A stretch of 64,000 nucleotides of DNA from a bacterium. Lineage in GTDB: Bacteria; Electryoneota; Electryoneia; Electryoneales; Electryoneaceae. This document shows positions 19,799 to 29,623 of the stretch, piece after piece (within the stretch, counting starts at the first letter, position 1; the number at the start of each line of letters is the position of its first letter). The DNA is taken from positions 5,248,001 to 5,312,000 of the forward strand of contig OY769902.1 of NCBI GenBank assembly GCA_963669175.1. Reading direction: 5' to 3'. Under the pieces are notes generated by a model. That model was not told the origin of the DNA. It ran no database searches and saw only the letters and a program-made list of their open reading frames with translations. The position numbers and the translations under genes are program-made.

Positions 19799-22700
19799 TC
19801 AGCGCAACAGGATCATCCTCTGAACCTGGCTTACATCACGTACCCCGTGCTGGACAAAATGTACCCGGCAGAAATACATACCGCTGGCTACAGGAAATCC
19901 ACTATCTGAAAGTCCATTCCAATGTATCGTGTGATACCCTGCTGCGACCTGTTTCTCGTGCAGGGTAGCAACTTTGCGTCCCAGGACATCATAGACAACA
20001 AGACTCAACTGCCCGGCCTCCGGCAGATCGATCCTGATATTGGCGGACTGGTTGAAAGGATTGGGATAGGGTGCATGGAATGCAAAGGATTGCGGCAATT
20101 CTTCCCTGGAATCCTCAACACCAGCATACTCAAAAGTCGTTCCGAAAACCCATTCGGTGTGCGTGCAGATTCCTTCATACTGATTCGGGCTGCAATCCCG
20201 GATGGTATCATAACTGCCCTCATTCAAACTGAAACAGGCGGCAAGATCGGGTTCGGTTCCCTCGAGGGTATGATTCGAATTCGCCAGCAGGGTTGCTTCA
20301 TCCAGGGCAACCTGCCAGAATCTGACCGCATCCATGTCGCCGACAAACCGGTTCGAATGATCAGAACTGTTACCGATTGTGACCATTTGTTGTTCATCTA
20401 TTCGCAATTCCGATCCAATGTTTCCCATTGAATACGCGACCGGCTGGGGTTCGCCATTGATGAAAAGATCAACCGTGCCTTCATCACCATCATACATCAT
20501 GGCAATATGCTGCCACCCCCAGACATGTATGGAATTGGCTGGCGTACATATCCAGTAGTTGTTGTAATCTGAAAACCGTAGCTTTGCAACGAGACATCTC
20601 GCGGGATAGTGCGAACTTGCCCGATTATGCAGGAACAGGCTGAAGCCATCCGTTTCAACAATATGGGCAAACCCCGCCGAATCCTGCGTACCATAGCTGG
20701 CGGGTGAAATCCAGGCTTCAAACGTGAGTTCATCTGCCAGGTTATCCAGTCCCGGCATATGTATATCCGCTGCCGACCATTCTTCGCCGAACTCCAACGC
20801 GCTTTCACCGTCAAACACACGAATGTAGTCCTGATATACGCGTGACTGTGTATTTGTGCCATTCGCGGCTTGCAGGGTAACAGAATATTCACCGGGAACA
20901 GTATAGGTGAACTCCGGATTCTCCAGGTATGAATCAAAGTCCCCGTCACTGGTAAAATCCCAGGCCCAATCAAGAACAGGGTAATACTCATTGCTTATTG
21001 TCGCATCCTGAAACTGAATTGTCACCGGGGCATGACCGGATCGAATATCCGATTCAATTGCGGGCCGGTTCAGCAGCGACAGACTGAAATACTCACAAAT
21101 CCTGCTTAACAGGTGATCACGTGAATTCTGACCGGTCCCCTCCAGCGCATTCAAAACCACAGACATGCAGAAAGTATGTTGCCCATAGTCACCCTCATTT
21201 TGAATAGCTACCGGTCCATATTCTGCCAGATTAAATGCGATTGCGCCATTCCTGTCGGGCGCAAGAGCGTCTATCCAATTCAGATTTACCTGATTGGATT
21301 CAAGGTAGTATAGCCCATTGCCCAATGTACCAGCAGTCCCAACAATCTCATTACGCGGTACATACTCGTTGCTGAACAAGACGGTCCTGACTCCGAAAAG
21401 ACTAAGCAGGTCAGTGTTGTAACGCTGGTCAAACCCCAGGGCGCAACCACCTTCCAGGTATACATTCCCACCATTCTCGATATAGCGCTCAACAACCAGT
21501 GACATTGCTGGCGTAAAAGCAGAATAGGTGGAACCGTCAAGCCCATAATTGCCATAACTCAGGAATACTGCATCAAAACCACGGAACGTGCTTGGGAAGA
21601 TTTCGGCGTAAACCACATCCAGTCCCTGAGATTCAAGGAATTCCGTGATAAACTGTCCGCTGAAATTCAGCCCATCGGGGTCGCCATCAAATACAAATAC
21701 ATCCCCGGCGCCTGCCGGAAACATGATCTCTGTCTCCGTATCGAAAACAACCGGGAAATCCGCTTCAATTTCCAGGTTGATTCTTGCTAAATGATAGTCT
21801 GCATCCTCGTCCACAGTTAGGCAGAATGCGTCCTCCAGAATGAAGGTACCCTCACCGGGCATTACAAACGCACAGGTGTCGTCAACAAGGTGAATGCTTT
21901 CATCGGCAGTACTGATCCGCAGCAGGGCATTCCCGGGGGCGATTTCATGAGTAAGTTCCATCAATTCAATGCTGAAATAGATATTCTCATACGGTTCATG
22001 AACACCTGCCATACGGGGCTGAATGACATTGTAATGCAGAATAACATCACGTTCAAAAGATGGGTTTTCTTCATCAAGGCAGTTGAATGCATTTATCCGG
22101 CCAGTCCCCAGTTGATTCTCCATGCCAGGATTTAAACGAGAGATATCCTCCGTCGTGCCAAGTACCTGGTTGATCAGTTCTTCACGCTCCCAATCCGGGT
22201 GATATGACTTCAGCAATCCGAACAACCCCGCAACCACTGGGGAAGCCATGGACGTACCACACATCCTTGAATACGAGTTTGTACCTGCTGTGCTCAGAAT
22301 ACCGGAATCAGCAAAGTGATCGCCACCCGGCGCGCTGACATCCACCAATGTACCGTAAGATGAATAATCAGCCATGACATTACCATAATTAACCGATGCG
22401 ACAGATACTACACAGGGATAACAAGCTGGATAGGAAGGAGTATCTGAGGCGCTGTTGCCGGCGGCAGCCACAACAACAATCCCCTGGCTGGCAGCATATT
22501 GCATGATTTCTTCTCCGCCGCGAAGATACATGGAGCTGCCCCAACTGCAGTTGATTATATCCACACCAAGGTTGATCATGTAAACTACACCATCAAACGT
22601 ATTGTATGCCGAAGTGCCTGCATAGTCGGAATGACTTGTGGCAACGACATTGACATTCCATGAAATACTGGCAATCCCGAATCCATTATTGGTGCCACCT

Positions 22701-23497
22701 GCTGAGAGTCCGCTCACATGTGTGCCATGGCTGGTTATACTCACATCATCTGCGATATTGTCCTCTTCCCCTTCAGCGTTATAAAAGTTCCAGCCGCAGA
22801 AATCGTCAATGAAACCATTTTGGTCATCATCAATCCCGTTTACATCATCAGGATCAAAACTCCATCCATTCCCCTCCCGATACCACGTAACGCCGTCGCC
22901 GTCGATATCTTCGCCAAGGTTATTCCACATGTTGGCAGCCAAGTCATCGTGATCCCAGGCAATCCCGGTATCAACAACTCCAATCAGAATCGTGCTGTCA
23001 CCACCTTCACCGTGGTGGATATCCCAGGCCTCACTGGCATCAATCTGCCGGAGATGTTGCATCACGTGATACGTGGTGTCATTGGGCACTTCAAAACACT
23101 CGCAGATCACATCCGGTTCCGCCCAGGTGATCGCCGGATGGGCTTCCAGAACTTTTGTAGCAGTCCTTACATCCAGGTTTTCCGGAAAAACAAGCAGGTA
23201 TATTCGTGACAGGTCTGGAACGGCAGGATCTTCAGGGGGCTTTATAAAAGGGTATTTTCTCTCTATTCGACTGGCATGTAATCGATCGAAACGCTCCTGC
23301 AGCGAAGGAATGCTGCATGTGATCTTCCCCTCCTGATCTTCAATCAGAGGAACATCCGCAGCCAGGCGAAATAGTAGCCTTCCAGGTCGAATTAAAGAGG
23401 AGTCATCCGCGTCTACAAGAGGAACAAAGGCAAGGAGTACTAACATCCCAAGGCAGGACACGACAGAGGAGTACCGTACACGCATCCAACATCTCAT
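19799..23497 (-). CDS. Secreted S8 serine peptidase, tandem paralog of 16055-19750
   Basis: DTG, HGTHVSG, GTSMASP; same domain order and length. Confidence 0.9.
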   Translation of the reverse strand: MRCWMRVRYSSVVSCLGMLVLLAFVPLVDADDSSLIRPGRLLFRLAADVPLIEDQEGKITCSIPSLQERFDRLHASRIERKYPFIKPPEDPAVPDLSRIYLLVFPENLDVRTATKVLEAHPAITWAEPDVICECFEVPNDTTYHVMQHLRQIDASEAWDIHHGEGGDSTILIGVVDTGIAWDHDDLAANMWNNLGEDIDGDGVTWYREGNGWSFDPDDVNGIDDDQNGFIDDFCGWNFYNAEGEEDNIADDVSITSHGTHVSGLSAGGTNNGFGIASISWNVNVVATSHSDYAGTSAYNTFDGVVYMINLGVDIINCSWGSSMYLRGGEEIMQYAASQGIVVVAAAGNSASDTPSYPACYPCVVSVASVNYGNVMADYSSYGTLVDVSAPGGDHFADSGILSTAGTNSYSRMCGTSMASPVVAGLFGLLKSYHPDWEREELINQVLGTTEDISRLNPGMENQLGTGRINAFNCLDEENPSFERDVILHYNVIQPRMAGVHEPYENIYFSIELMELTHEIAPGNALLRISTADESIHLVDDTCAFVMPGEGTFILEDAFCLTVDEDADYHLARINLEIEADFPVVFDTETEIMFPAGAGDVFVFDGDPDGLNFSGQFITEFLESQGLDVVYAEIFPSTFRGFDAVFLSYGNYGLDGSTYSAFTPAMSLVVERYIENGGNVYLEGGCALGFDQRYNTDLLSLFGVRTVLFSNEYVPRNEIVGTAGTLGNGLYYLESNQVNLNWIDALAPDRNGAIAFNLAEYGPVAIQNEGDYGQHTFCMSVVLNALEGTGQNSRDHLLSRICEYFSLSLLNRPAIESDIRSGHAPVTIQFQDATISNEYYPVLDWAWDFTSDGDFDSYLENPEFTYTVPGEYSVTLQAANGTNTQSRVYQDYIRVFDGESALEFGEEWSAADIHMPGLDNLADELTFEAWISPASYGTQDSAGFAHIVETDGFSLFLHNRASSHYPARCLVAKLRFSDYNNYWICTPANSIHVWGWQHIAMMYDGDEGTVDLFINGEPQPVAYSMGNIGSELRIDEQQMVTIGNSSDHSNRFVGDMDAVRFWQVALDEATLLANSNHTLEGTEPDLAACFSLNEGSYDTIRDCSPNQYEGICTHTEWVFGTTFEYAGVEDSREELPQSFAFHAPYPNPFNQSANIRIDLPEAGQLSLVVYDVLGRKVATLHEKQVAAGYHTIHWNGLSDSGFPVASGMYFCRVHFVQHGVRDVSQVQRMILLR

Positions 23498-23666
23498 TGA
23501 TCACCCTCCAGTGGTTTCTATATAATAAGAACCCATTTTGCACGAGTACAAAACAAATGAGAATTAAATTGAAATAATGCTGACTCTCTCGCCGGGTATA
23601 AGAAAACCTGACAGGAACATGTACTGAAGTTGTTCTCAATTTCATTCTGTCATGAGGAGATTGCCG

Positions 23667-23798
23667 GGAAAAGGGGACGGGATCCTTTTCCTTGCGCTTA
23701 TACGGAATACTCTTGAAGCATTCATGGAAAAGGAAACTGGACCCTTTTCCATGTAATTCCTGCCTGCTCACAAGAAAAAGGCTACAGCCACCTTTCCC
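23667..23798. promoter_or_regulatory. Three GGAAAAGG-N9-CCTTTTCC palindromes (candidate operators)
   Basis: Copies at 23667-23691, 23726-23750 and 23774-23798, all with a 9-nt centre, upstream of the S8 pair. Confidence 0.5.
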
Positions 23799-24103
23799 GA
23801 ACCTTTTTCACAGAGTCGGGTGGCCCTGTACGTTTCTAACAGTACTGCAAAAGAGTGCATGGCCCGATTTGCCGGAAGTGCAACACGATACTCTCGAGAT
23901 GCTGACAAGATTTGTGGGGCGTCCTCTTATGAAGCGGATTATGAGCAAGTCGGGAACTGCGGAGAGCCTGGGTGGCCCGATTCACAAGTGATGGCGCTTC
24001 CGGTATCGTTGCAGTTTGAATACTGTGATGCTGTTTTGACTCACGACGCAACGTCGAGTGAGTCGGGACTGTGACAGGGAAATGTTTTACAGAGCTACAG
24101 AAA

Positions 24104-24658
24104 TCAAGTGCTTTTCCAGGGTGTTTCCGGGTGATTCGCTCGGTGATTGGCCCATCTTGCCAGCGTGAACAGGTGATCGGACAGGCGATTCGTAAACTTG
24201 ACCGCAAAACTGTTCACCTTTCCTACCTCATCGATTAGCTCTACCAGGCGGCGTTCACCTCTTCGGCAAATTGTCCGCGCAATATGCAGCGCTGCTCCGG
24301 CCGGACAACCACTGGGCAGGATAAAATGGGTCAATTTCTCCAAGTCTTCGTCCATACGGTCGATATCACGTTCCAGTTCGAGCACATCTTCCTCGGTCAT
24401 CCTTGGAATCGCGAACTGTTCCGGTTCTTCATCAAATTCGGCGGCAACATCACTGCACAGGGTATGAATTTTCGGCTGGATGCGTGCCAGGACAGCTTCA
24501 ACCTCGGCATCGGTGTTGATAGAACGAACATACCCGACCCAACTGTTCAGCTCGTCCAGGGTGCCATAGGCTTCCACGCGGGCGCTGGACTTGGACACAC
24601 GCCCGCCTTTTAAGAGACTGGTCTGTCCCTTGTCACCTGTCTTTGTATAGATTTTCAT
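24104..24658 (-). CDS. pduO: PduO-type cob(I)alamin adenosyltransferase
   Basis: MKIYTKTGDKGQTSL, YGTLDELNS, RTICRRGERR, NRLSDHLFTLAR. Confidence 0.9.
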   Translation of the reverse strand: MKIYTKTGDKGQTSLLKGGRVSKSSARVEAYGTLDELNSWVGYVRSINTDAEVEAVLARIQPKIHTLCSDVAAEFDEEPEQFAIPRMTEEDVLELERDIDRMDEDLEKLTHFILPSGCPAGAALHIARTICRRGERRLVELIDEVGKVNSFAVKFTNRLSDHLFTLARWANHRANHPETPWKST

Positions 24659-24707
24659 GATGTCACCAAAGCAGTATCTAGTGGATCGGTTCACCTGGAT
24701 CGGTCCA

Positions 24708-25742
24708 CTACTGTTCTGAATCCTCTTCCGGTTCCGGTTCCGGTGTTTCCTCTTCAGTCACATCCGGTTCACAGTCTTCCAGTCCGCCACCCTTGTACAG
24801 CATTCTGCCCAGCAGGTTGATGTAATCTGTGAAGACACCGCCTCCTGTTCCGGCTTTATCCAGCTCACGTTCGATCGCATTCAATTTGCTGTCGATTTCG
24901 TCCAGGTAATACAGCACAAAGGCTTCAGGCGTCATCGGTTCAACCGGACAGCCATTTTCACGTTTTCCCTGATGGCTCAGAATCAGGTGTTGCAGATGAA
25001 CCAGGGTTTCACGGTCCAGACCTTCGACATTCTCCGCCGCTTTCCGGACAAAGTCAGCCCCAAGAACGATATGCCCCAGCAACCGGCCTTCAACCGTGTA
25101 GTCGATAGCTGTATCGTATTTGAGTTCCTGGAGTTTGCCGACATCATGCAGGAAAGCTCCTGCTATCAGTATGTCAGTATTCAATTGCGGATAATGCTCG
25201 CCAAACCTGGATGCTATCTTGACCATGGACGCCGAATGTTGCAGGAGGCCGCCGAGATACCCGTGATGCCAGCGTTTTCCTGCCGGGGCGGACTGGAACT
25301 GCTTCATGAATTCTTCGTCACCCAACAGGGAAAGCATGAGATTTTTCAACCCCTCATGCTGCATCCTGCTCAACGCCCAGCGGATTACAGACCAGTCTTC
25401 TTCGGGATCATAGTCTGTTGACGGCAGGAAACGGCTCATGTCTGTCGGTTCTTCTGCAGGACGAATGCGAAGGATCTTCAATTCAGGATTGCCGAGGTAT
25501 TCTCCCACTCCGGCGCGCACCTTAACGACAGTCCCTTCACTGAGCACCTGGTAGGCAACCTTGGCATCTTCCCATAGCTTGCCGGAAATTCTCCCGGTCC
25601 GATCCGTGAATTCACATGTCAGGTAGGGTTTGTTTGCACGAGTGGTTCCCAGCTTGACGCTGCGAAGTACGTAGTACCCGTCAAAAAAATCTCCGATGTG
25701 AAGATCTGTGATGTACGGATGATCACTCCTTGTCAATTCCAT
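24708..25742 (-). CDS. yhaM: YhaM/Cbf1 family OB-fold + HD 3'-5' exoribonuclease
   Basis: OB fold (DRTGRISGKLW), PAGKRWHHGYLGGLLQHS, LHDVGK, ILSHQG. Confidence 0.85.
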   Translation of the reverse strand: MELTRSDHPYITDLHIGDFFDGYYVLRSVKLGTTRANKPYLTCEFTDRTGRISGKLWEDAKVAYQVLSEGTVVKVRAGVGEYLGNPELKILRIRPAEEPTDMSRFLPSTDYDPEEDWSVIRWALSRMQHEGLKNLMLSLLGDEEFMKQFQSAPAGKRWHHGYLGGLLQHSASMVKIASRFGEHYPQLNTDILIAGAFLHDVGKLQELKYDTAIDYTVEGRLLGHIVLGADFVRKAAENVEGLDRETLVHLQHLILSHQGKRENGCPVEPMTPEAFVLYYLDEIDSKLNAIERELDKAGTGGGVFTDYINLLGRMLYKGGGLEDCEPDVTEEETPEPEPEEDSEQ

Positions 25743-25764
25743 GCTTTCCTCCCCCGCCGGGTTT

Positions 25765-26796
25765 TCACCCGTAAAGTTCGTGTACAATGTTCAGTGCATT
25801 GGTGATCTTGTCGTCATCTATATCCAGGTGGGTAACCAGGCGCACCTTGTATTTTCCGGCAAGTGTTACGTGCATGCCCCTTGCCGCTACAGCGCTGGCG
25901 AACCTTGTGCCTGCGAGACCGCGTTCAGACATATCAAGGATAATGATATTGGAATCAAGATGATCCAGGTCAATGCTGAAACCACTGATTTCAGCCAGCC
26001 CTTTTGCAAGGTTCTTCGCCCTGCGATGGTCTTCAACCAGGCGTCCCCTGTTATGCTCCACAGCATAGAGAGCAGCGGCGGCGATCAAGCCAACCTGACG
26101 CATGCCGCCACCAAGACGCTTACGGAAACGATGCGCCTCTTCTATCAATTCTTCCGGTCCAGCGATACAACTTCCGATTGGAGCGCCCAGCCCTTTACTG
26201 AAGCAGACAGATACCGTGTCCGCAAACTTGGCCCATTCTCTTTCTGATATTCCGCTGGCTGCCGCTGCGTTCCAAAGACGCGCTCCATCCAGGTGCACCG
26301 CCATTCCGTTTTCTTTGGCAAAGCCGGACAAACGCCTGACTTCACGCACTGGCCAGACTTTGCCCCCGCTCCGGTTGTGCGTATTCTCGATGACGACCAG
26401 TTTTCCCGGAGGAAAATGGTGATCTTCCGACCGCAAGCGCTCTTCCAGTTGCTCCGCTGTAAATACGCCACGTTCACCGGGAATGGGATGAACCTGTACC
26501 CCGGAAATAAAAGCCGGAGCGCCGGATTCATAATTGAAGATGTGGCTGCCCGCCTCACAGAAGACTTCATCACCAGGAACGGTATGAATCTTGATCGCTA
26601 TCTGGTTTGCCATTGTTCCCGACGGAACGAACAGGGCGCGTTCCTTGCCAAGAAGATCCGCGACTTTTTCCTGGAGTTTGTTGACTGTCGGGTCATCGCC
26701 GAAAACATCATCGCCCACTTCGGCATCGTACATGGCCCGGCGCATTTCCTTGGATGGACGTGTTACGGTATCACTGCGAAGATCAATAGCAATCAT
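25765..26796 (-). CDS. ltaE: Low-specificity L-threonine aldolase
   Basis: [47 protein letters not shown]. Confidence 0.92.
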   Translation of the reverse strand: MIAIDLRSDTVTRPSKEMRRAMYDAEVGDDVFGDDPTVNKLQEKVADLLGKERALFVPSGTMANQIAIKIHTVPGDEVFCEAGSHIFNYESGAPAFISGVQVHPIPGERGVFTAEQLEERLRSEDHHFPPGKLVVIENTHNRSGGKVWPVREVRRLSGFAKENGMAVHLDGARLWNAAAASGISEREWAKFADTVSVCFSKGLGAPIGSCIAGPEELIEEAHRFRKRLGGGMRQVGLIAAAALYAVEHNRGRLVEDHRRAKNLAKGLAEISGFSIDLDHLDSNIIILDMSERGLAGTRFASAVAARGMHVTLAGKYKVRLVTHLDIDDDKITNALNIVHELYG

Positions 26797-26950
26797 GACT
26801 CTCCTTAAAAGGCTGGTGAATGTGTATCGCGGATTATGGTAGGGAGCTTTTCAGGCAGGGTCAAGCGACTCAACCGTGAAACAGATAACTCACAGGAGTA
26901 ATGTCAGGCTTTCAGGCTTGTGGATCAATTCATACAAATCGCTTCACTTC

Positions 26951-28111
26951 TTAACGCTCATCATCAACTTCGATGATCAGCACTCCAAATCGCAGCACGA
27001 AAGGATACAGTTTCCCAATGGGATAGTCTGCCATATCGCCCCAGGTCGCCAGCATGAATCCAGCTCCTCCCTGCAGGGCCAGTCCTTCGGAAAGGGCATA
27101 TTGACCACCAAGACCATATATCAGGTACCCGTTCGCGGCAGGATCACCGAAACGCGCACGAATCCCGGTATCAAGTGTCAACGGATCCCATCCCCTGTAA
27201 TGAATGGCGATTCCCGTTTCCTCGTAGATTCCTTCTCCATCAAATACTGTTGTATTGTGGTTGATGCCATTGGCTAATGTCAGTGTACCGTCCCATTCGG
27301 CAGAGTATTCTTCACCACGTATGCCGAATCCAACCCTGAAAGTCGGCGCACCATTGAAGGTGATATCAGTAGAGGCACGACTGAAGCCATTTCCATCCGG
27401 ATCTCGATGTACCACAGTACCCACAGCCGGGAAGACAACACTGGCTCCCCAGGCATATCGTTCACGATTCCAGCGTAATCCCGCCGCTACTTCATACAGG
27501 TTCGGTTCGTAAAGATCCTCAATCCGGGCAGAACCGGAAGCAATCGCACCGACACCATAGGTGCCTGTCACCCATCGAACAGCGGCTCCGAAATCCAACC
27601 CCTTGAACAGGCTGCGGGCATAGGCAGCCTCGATATTAAGTAAGCCCAATCGAGCGCTGTGAGTGACATACTGGTACTCGACACCACCAAAAACACAGGA
27701 TCGCGGAACATATCCCAAAACAAAATTACCCTTGCCCAGGCGGGTCAAGTAGAGCACTGAGCCAACTTCGATGCGTGGACTACGAGAATCTGTTCCGGAA
27801 CGGTAGGATGCTGCCCCCCAGATGCTCCCTTCGACAGTCATCTCATTTCTGTCGCAGACGTACTGCGCAGGATTGTTCAGTCCGGCAGAAACCCCTGATC
27901 CAAGGGCCACACCACTTGAAGCTCTTGCCACCTGTAACGCATCACCGTATCCCATAACCGGGCCGTAAACGCCAAAACCCTGTGCCAGCACAGGATTAAG
28001 AATACCGCCCCCGGAAAGGACAACAAGAACCAATAGGGAAACAGCCGAGATTCGTAGAACAGCAGATGCGTTGAGGATCTTCCTGGGATTCATGCCCTTC
28101 ACCACTTCCAT
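26951..28111 (-). CDS. Hypothetical outer-membrane beta-barrel (FadL/PorV-like)
   Basis: Signal peptide, ALG...NNPA N-terminal motif, alternating aromatic beta-strands; start uncertain. Confidence 0.5.
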   Translation of the reverse strand: MEVVKGMNPRKILNASAVLRISAVSLLVLVVLSGGGILNPVLAQGFGVYGPVMGYGDALQVARASSGVALGSGVSAGLNNPAQYVCDRNEMTVEGSIWGAASYRSGTDSRSPRIEVGSVLYLTRLGKGNFVLGYVPRSCVFGGVEYQYVTHSARLGLLNIEAAYARSLFKGLDFGAAVRWVTGTYGVGAIASGSARIEDLYEPNLYEVAAGLRWNRERYAWGASVVFPAVGTVVHRDPDGNGFSRASTDITFNGAPTFRVGFGIRGEEYSAEWDGTLTLANGINHNTTVFDGEGIYEETGIAIHYRGWDPLTLDTGIRARFGDPAANGYLIYGLGGQYALSEGLALQGGAGFMLATWGDMADYPIGKLYPFVLRFGVLIIEVDDER

Positions 28112-28114
28112 GCG

Positions 28115-28915
28115 TTAAAACTGGAATGCTTCTACGTAGATAATCTTCAGCTCACGTCCGATCCCGGGCGTACTGGCGCTGGATTGCAGAATATCCGTCA
28201 CGTTGAATTGCAGCGCGAAGGATTGCGCGAAGCTCCACCGTACCCCGGCGCTCAAATAGCCTTTTCCTTCACCATACATTCCATCTTCCACATTGTCATC
28301 CAGGGCAAAATCATATTCTGCCAGAATAACCATCTGCTCGTTGAAACTGAAATCGACACCGGCAAAGAAATCAATCGTTCGGTCTTCATCACCTGTTTCA
28401 ATGGTGTTGTAACTCGCGCCGCCATGAATGCCAAACCGTCCCAGTGAACTCATCCAGTTCCGGGATGCAGCGGCAAACAAACCCGGGGCTTTGAAAAGGT
28501 AGCGGTCTTCATTCCAGAAATCATGCCCCTGCATGTCAAAGCCAATGGTGATCGCAGGCAGGACATTTGTCTCCTCAATCAGGCGATACTTCGCAATGAC
28601 ACCGGGGAACTTGTTCCAAACCGGGTCTGCATAACCCAGGATGTGGTCACCACCATAGGAAACGCCAAACATGAAGCGGTGAAACAGGCCCATTCCGACC
28701 CCCATATTCATCCCGCCGTTCCCGAAACTGCGCATGGTAAGCTGGTATTGCCCTTTCTTCAGCAAGCCGGCCGTAGGCGTGTGAATGACTTGTTGAAGTT
28801 CAAGGTTTTCCAGGTTATCGGCAGTCTGTGCAGCGGCAAAATCCGCTAAGCCACTCCAAGCAAGAAGCAGAACGGAGAAGCTCAAATAGAGGAGAATGCT
28901 CTTTCTGAGGGCCAT
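28115..28915 (-). CDS. YjbH-like outer-membrane beta-barrel protein
   Basis: Signal peptide, IHTPTAGLL, PAITIG, C-terminal Phe. Confidence 0.6.
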   Translation of the reverse strand: MALRKSILLYLSFSVLLLAWSGLADFAAAQTADNLENLELQQVIHTPTAGLLKKGQYQLTMRSFGNGGMNMGVGMGLFHRFMFGVSYGGDHILGYADPVWNKFPGVIAKYRLIEETNVLPAITIGFDMQGHDFWNEDRYLFKAPGLFAAASRNWMSSLGRFGIHGGASYNTIETGDEDRTIDFFAGVDFSFNEQMVILAEYDFALDDNVEDGMYGEGKGYLSAGVRWSFAQSFALQFNVTDILQSSASTPGIGRELKIIYVEAFQF

Positions 28916-29623
28916 GGCAACCTCGCAAAGTCCAAATTATTAAACGAGTTGAACACGATAAAAACTCGCACACACGATAAACCAGTTACGCAATCAATCT
29001 ACACCTGCTTCGCAGTGATGGTGCAATATACTGTCTTTTCTGCTCCAAGGCCAATGATAAACAGGAAAATTCTAATTGAAACTGCGCGCCTGTCAACAAT
29101 AACAGCTATAACGGAAGTCAACCATTTCAGTGAGTTTAGCCCAGAAGGCATACCAGCCGTGATGTTGTACCGGCTGACAATTGTGACCTCAAAGTGTATC
29201 TTTAGTAATTATTGAACCCCTGCCCTCACATTGCATGGACTCCAGCGCATCGTTTAACATTCACGATTGCAACAGCTTGACCAGGAAGTTTGCGATTCTA
29301 TATTTTTGAAAATGATCTTGATTTCATTGCAATCTTATGAAGAACCCGCTAAATTCCATCGATTCGTTGTTTCTTGAATATTACGGAGCCGTTTAGAAAC
29401 ATTGCTGTTTACACACTGGGACCGGGATTATAGGGTCCCTTATTACGTTTGCCATTCGTGCTGCCACATCCTGGGACGGGCTACTTCACCGACAGCGCTG
29501 AGACAGTAATGTTTCTACGTTTGTTCCGATGCACCATGAACGAGTAAGAAGTCAGAATTCAGCAGGACAGTAAGCGGACAGCTTCCCCGATCCTGGGTAG
29601 ATCTGCTTGGAAGGAGTATCTGC

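Noticed and set aside
16055-20100. Diversity-generating retroelement template/variable repeat in the similar S8 C-termini
   Set aside because: No reverse transcriptase, both copies are coding sorting domains, and the differences are not visibly adenine-specific.
23692-24207. Short overlapping ORFs between the S8 genes and pduO
   Set aside because: Mutually overlapping, without RBS or motifs; likely non-coding.
28949-29600. Small ORF 28949-29215 or a riboswitch in the long divergent intergenic region
   Set aside because: No RBS or recognisable protein features, and no riboswitch consensus that I could identify by eye; an Rfam scan would settle it.
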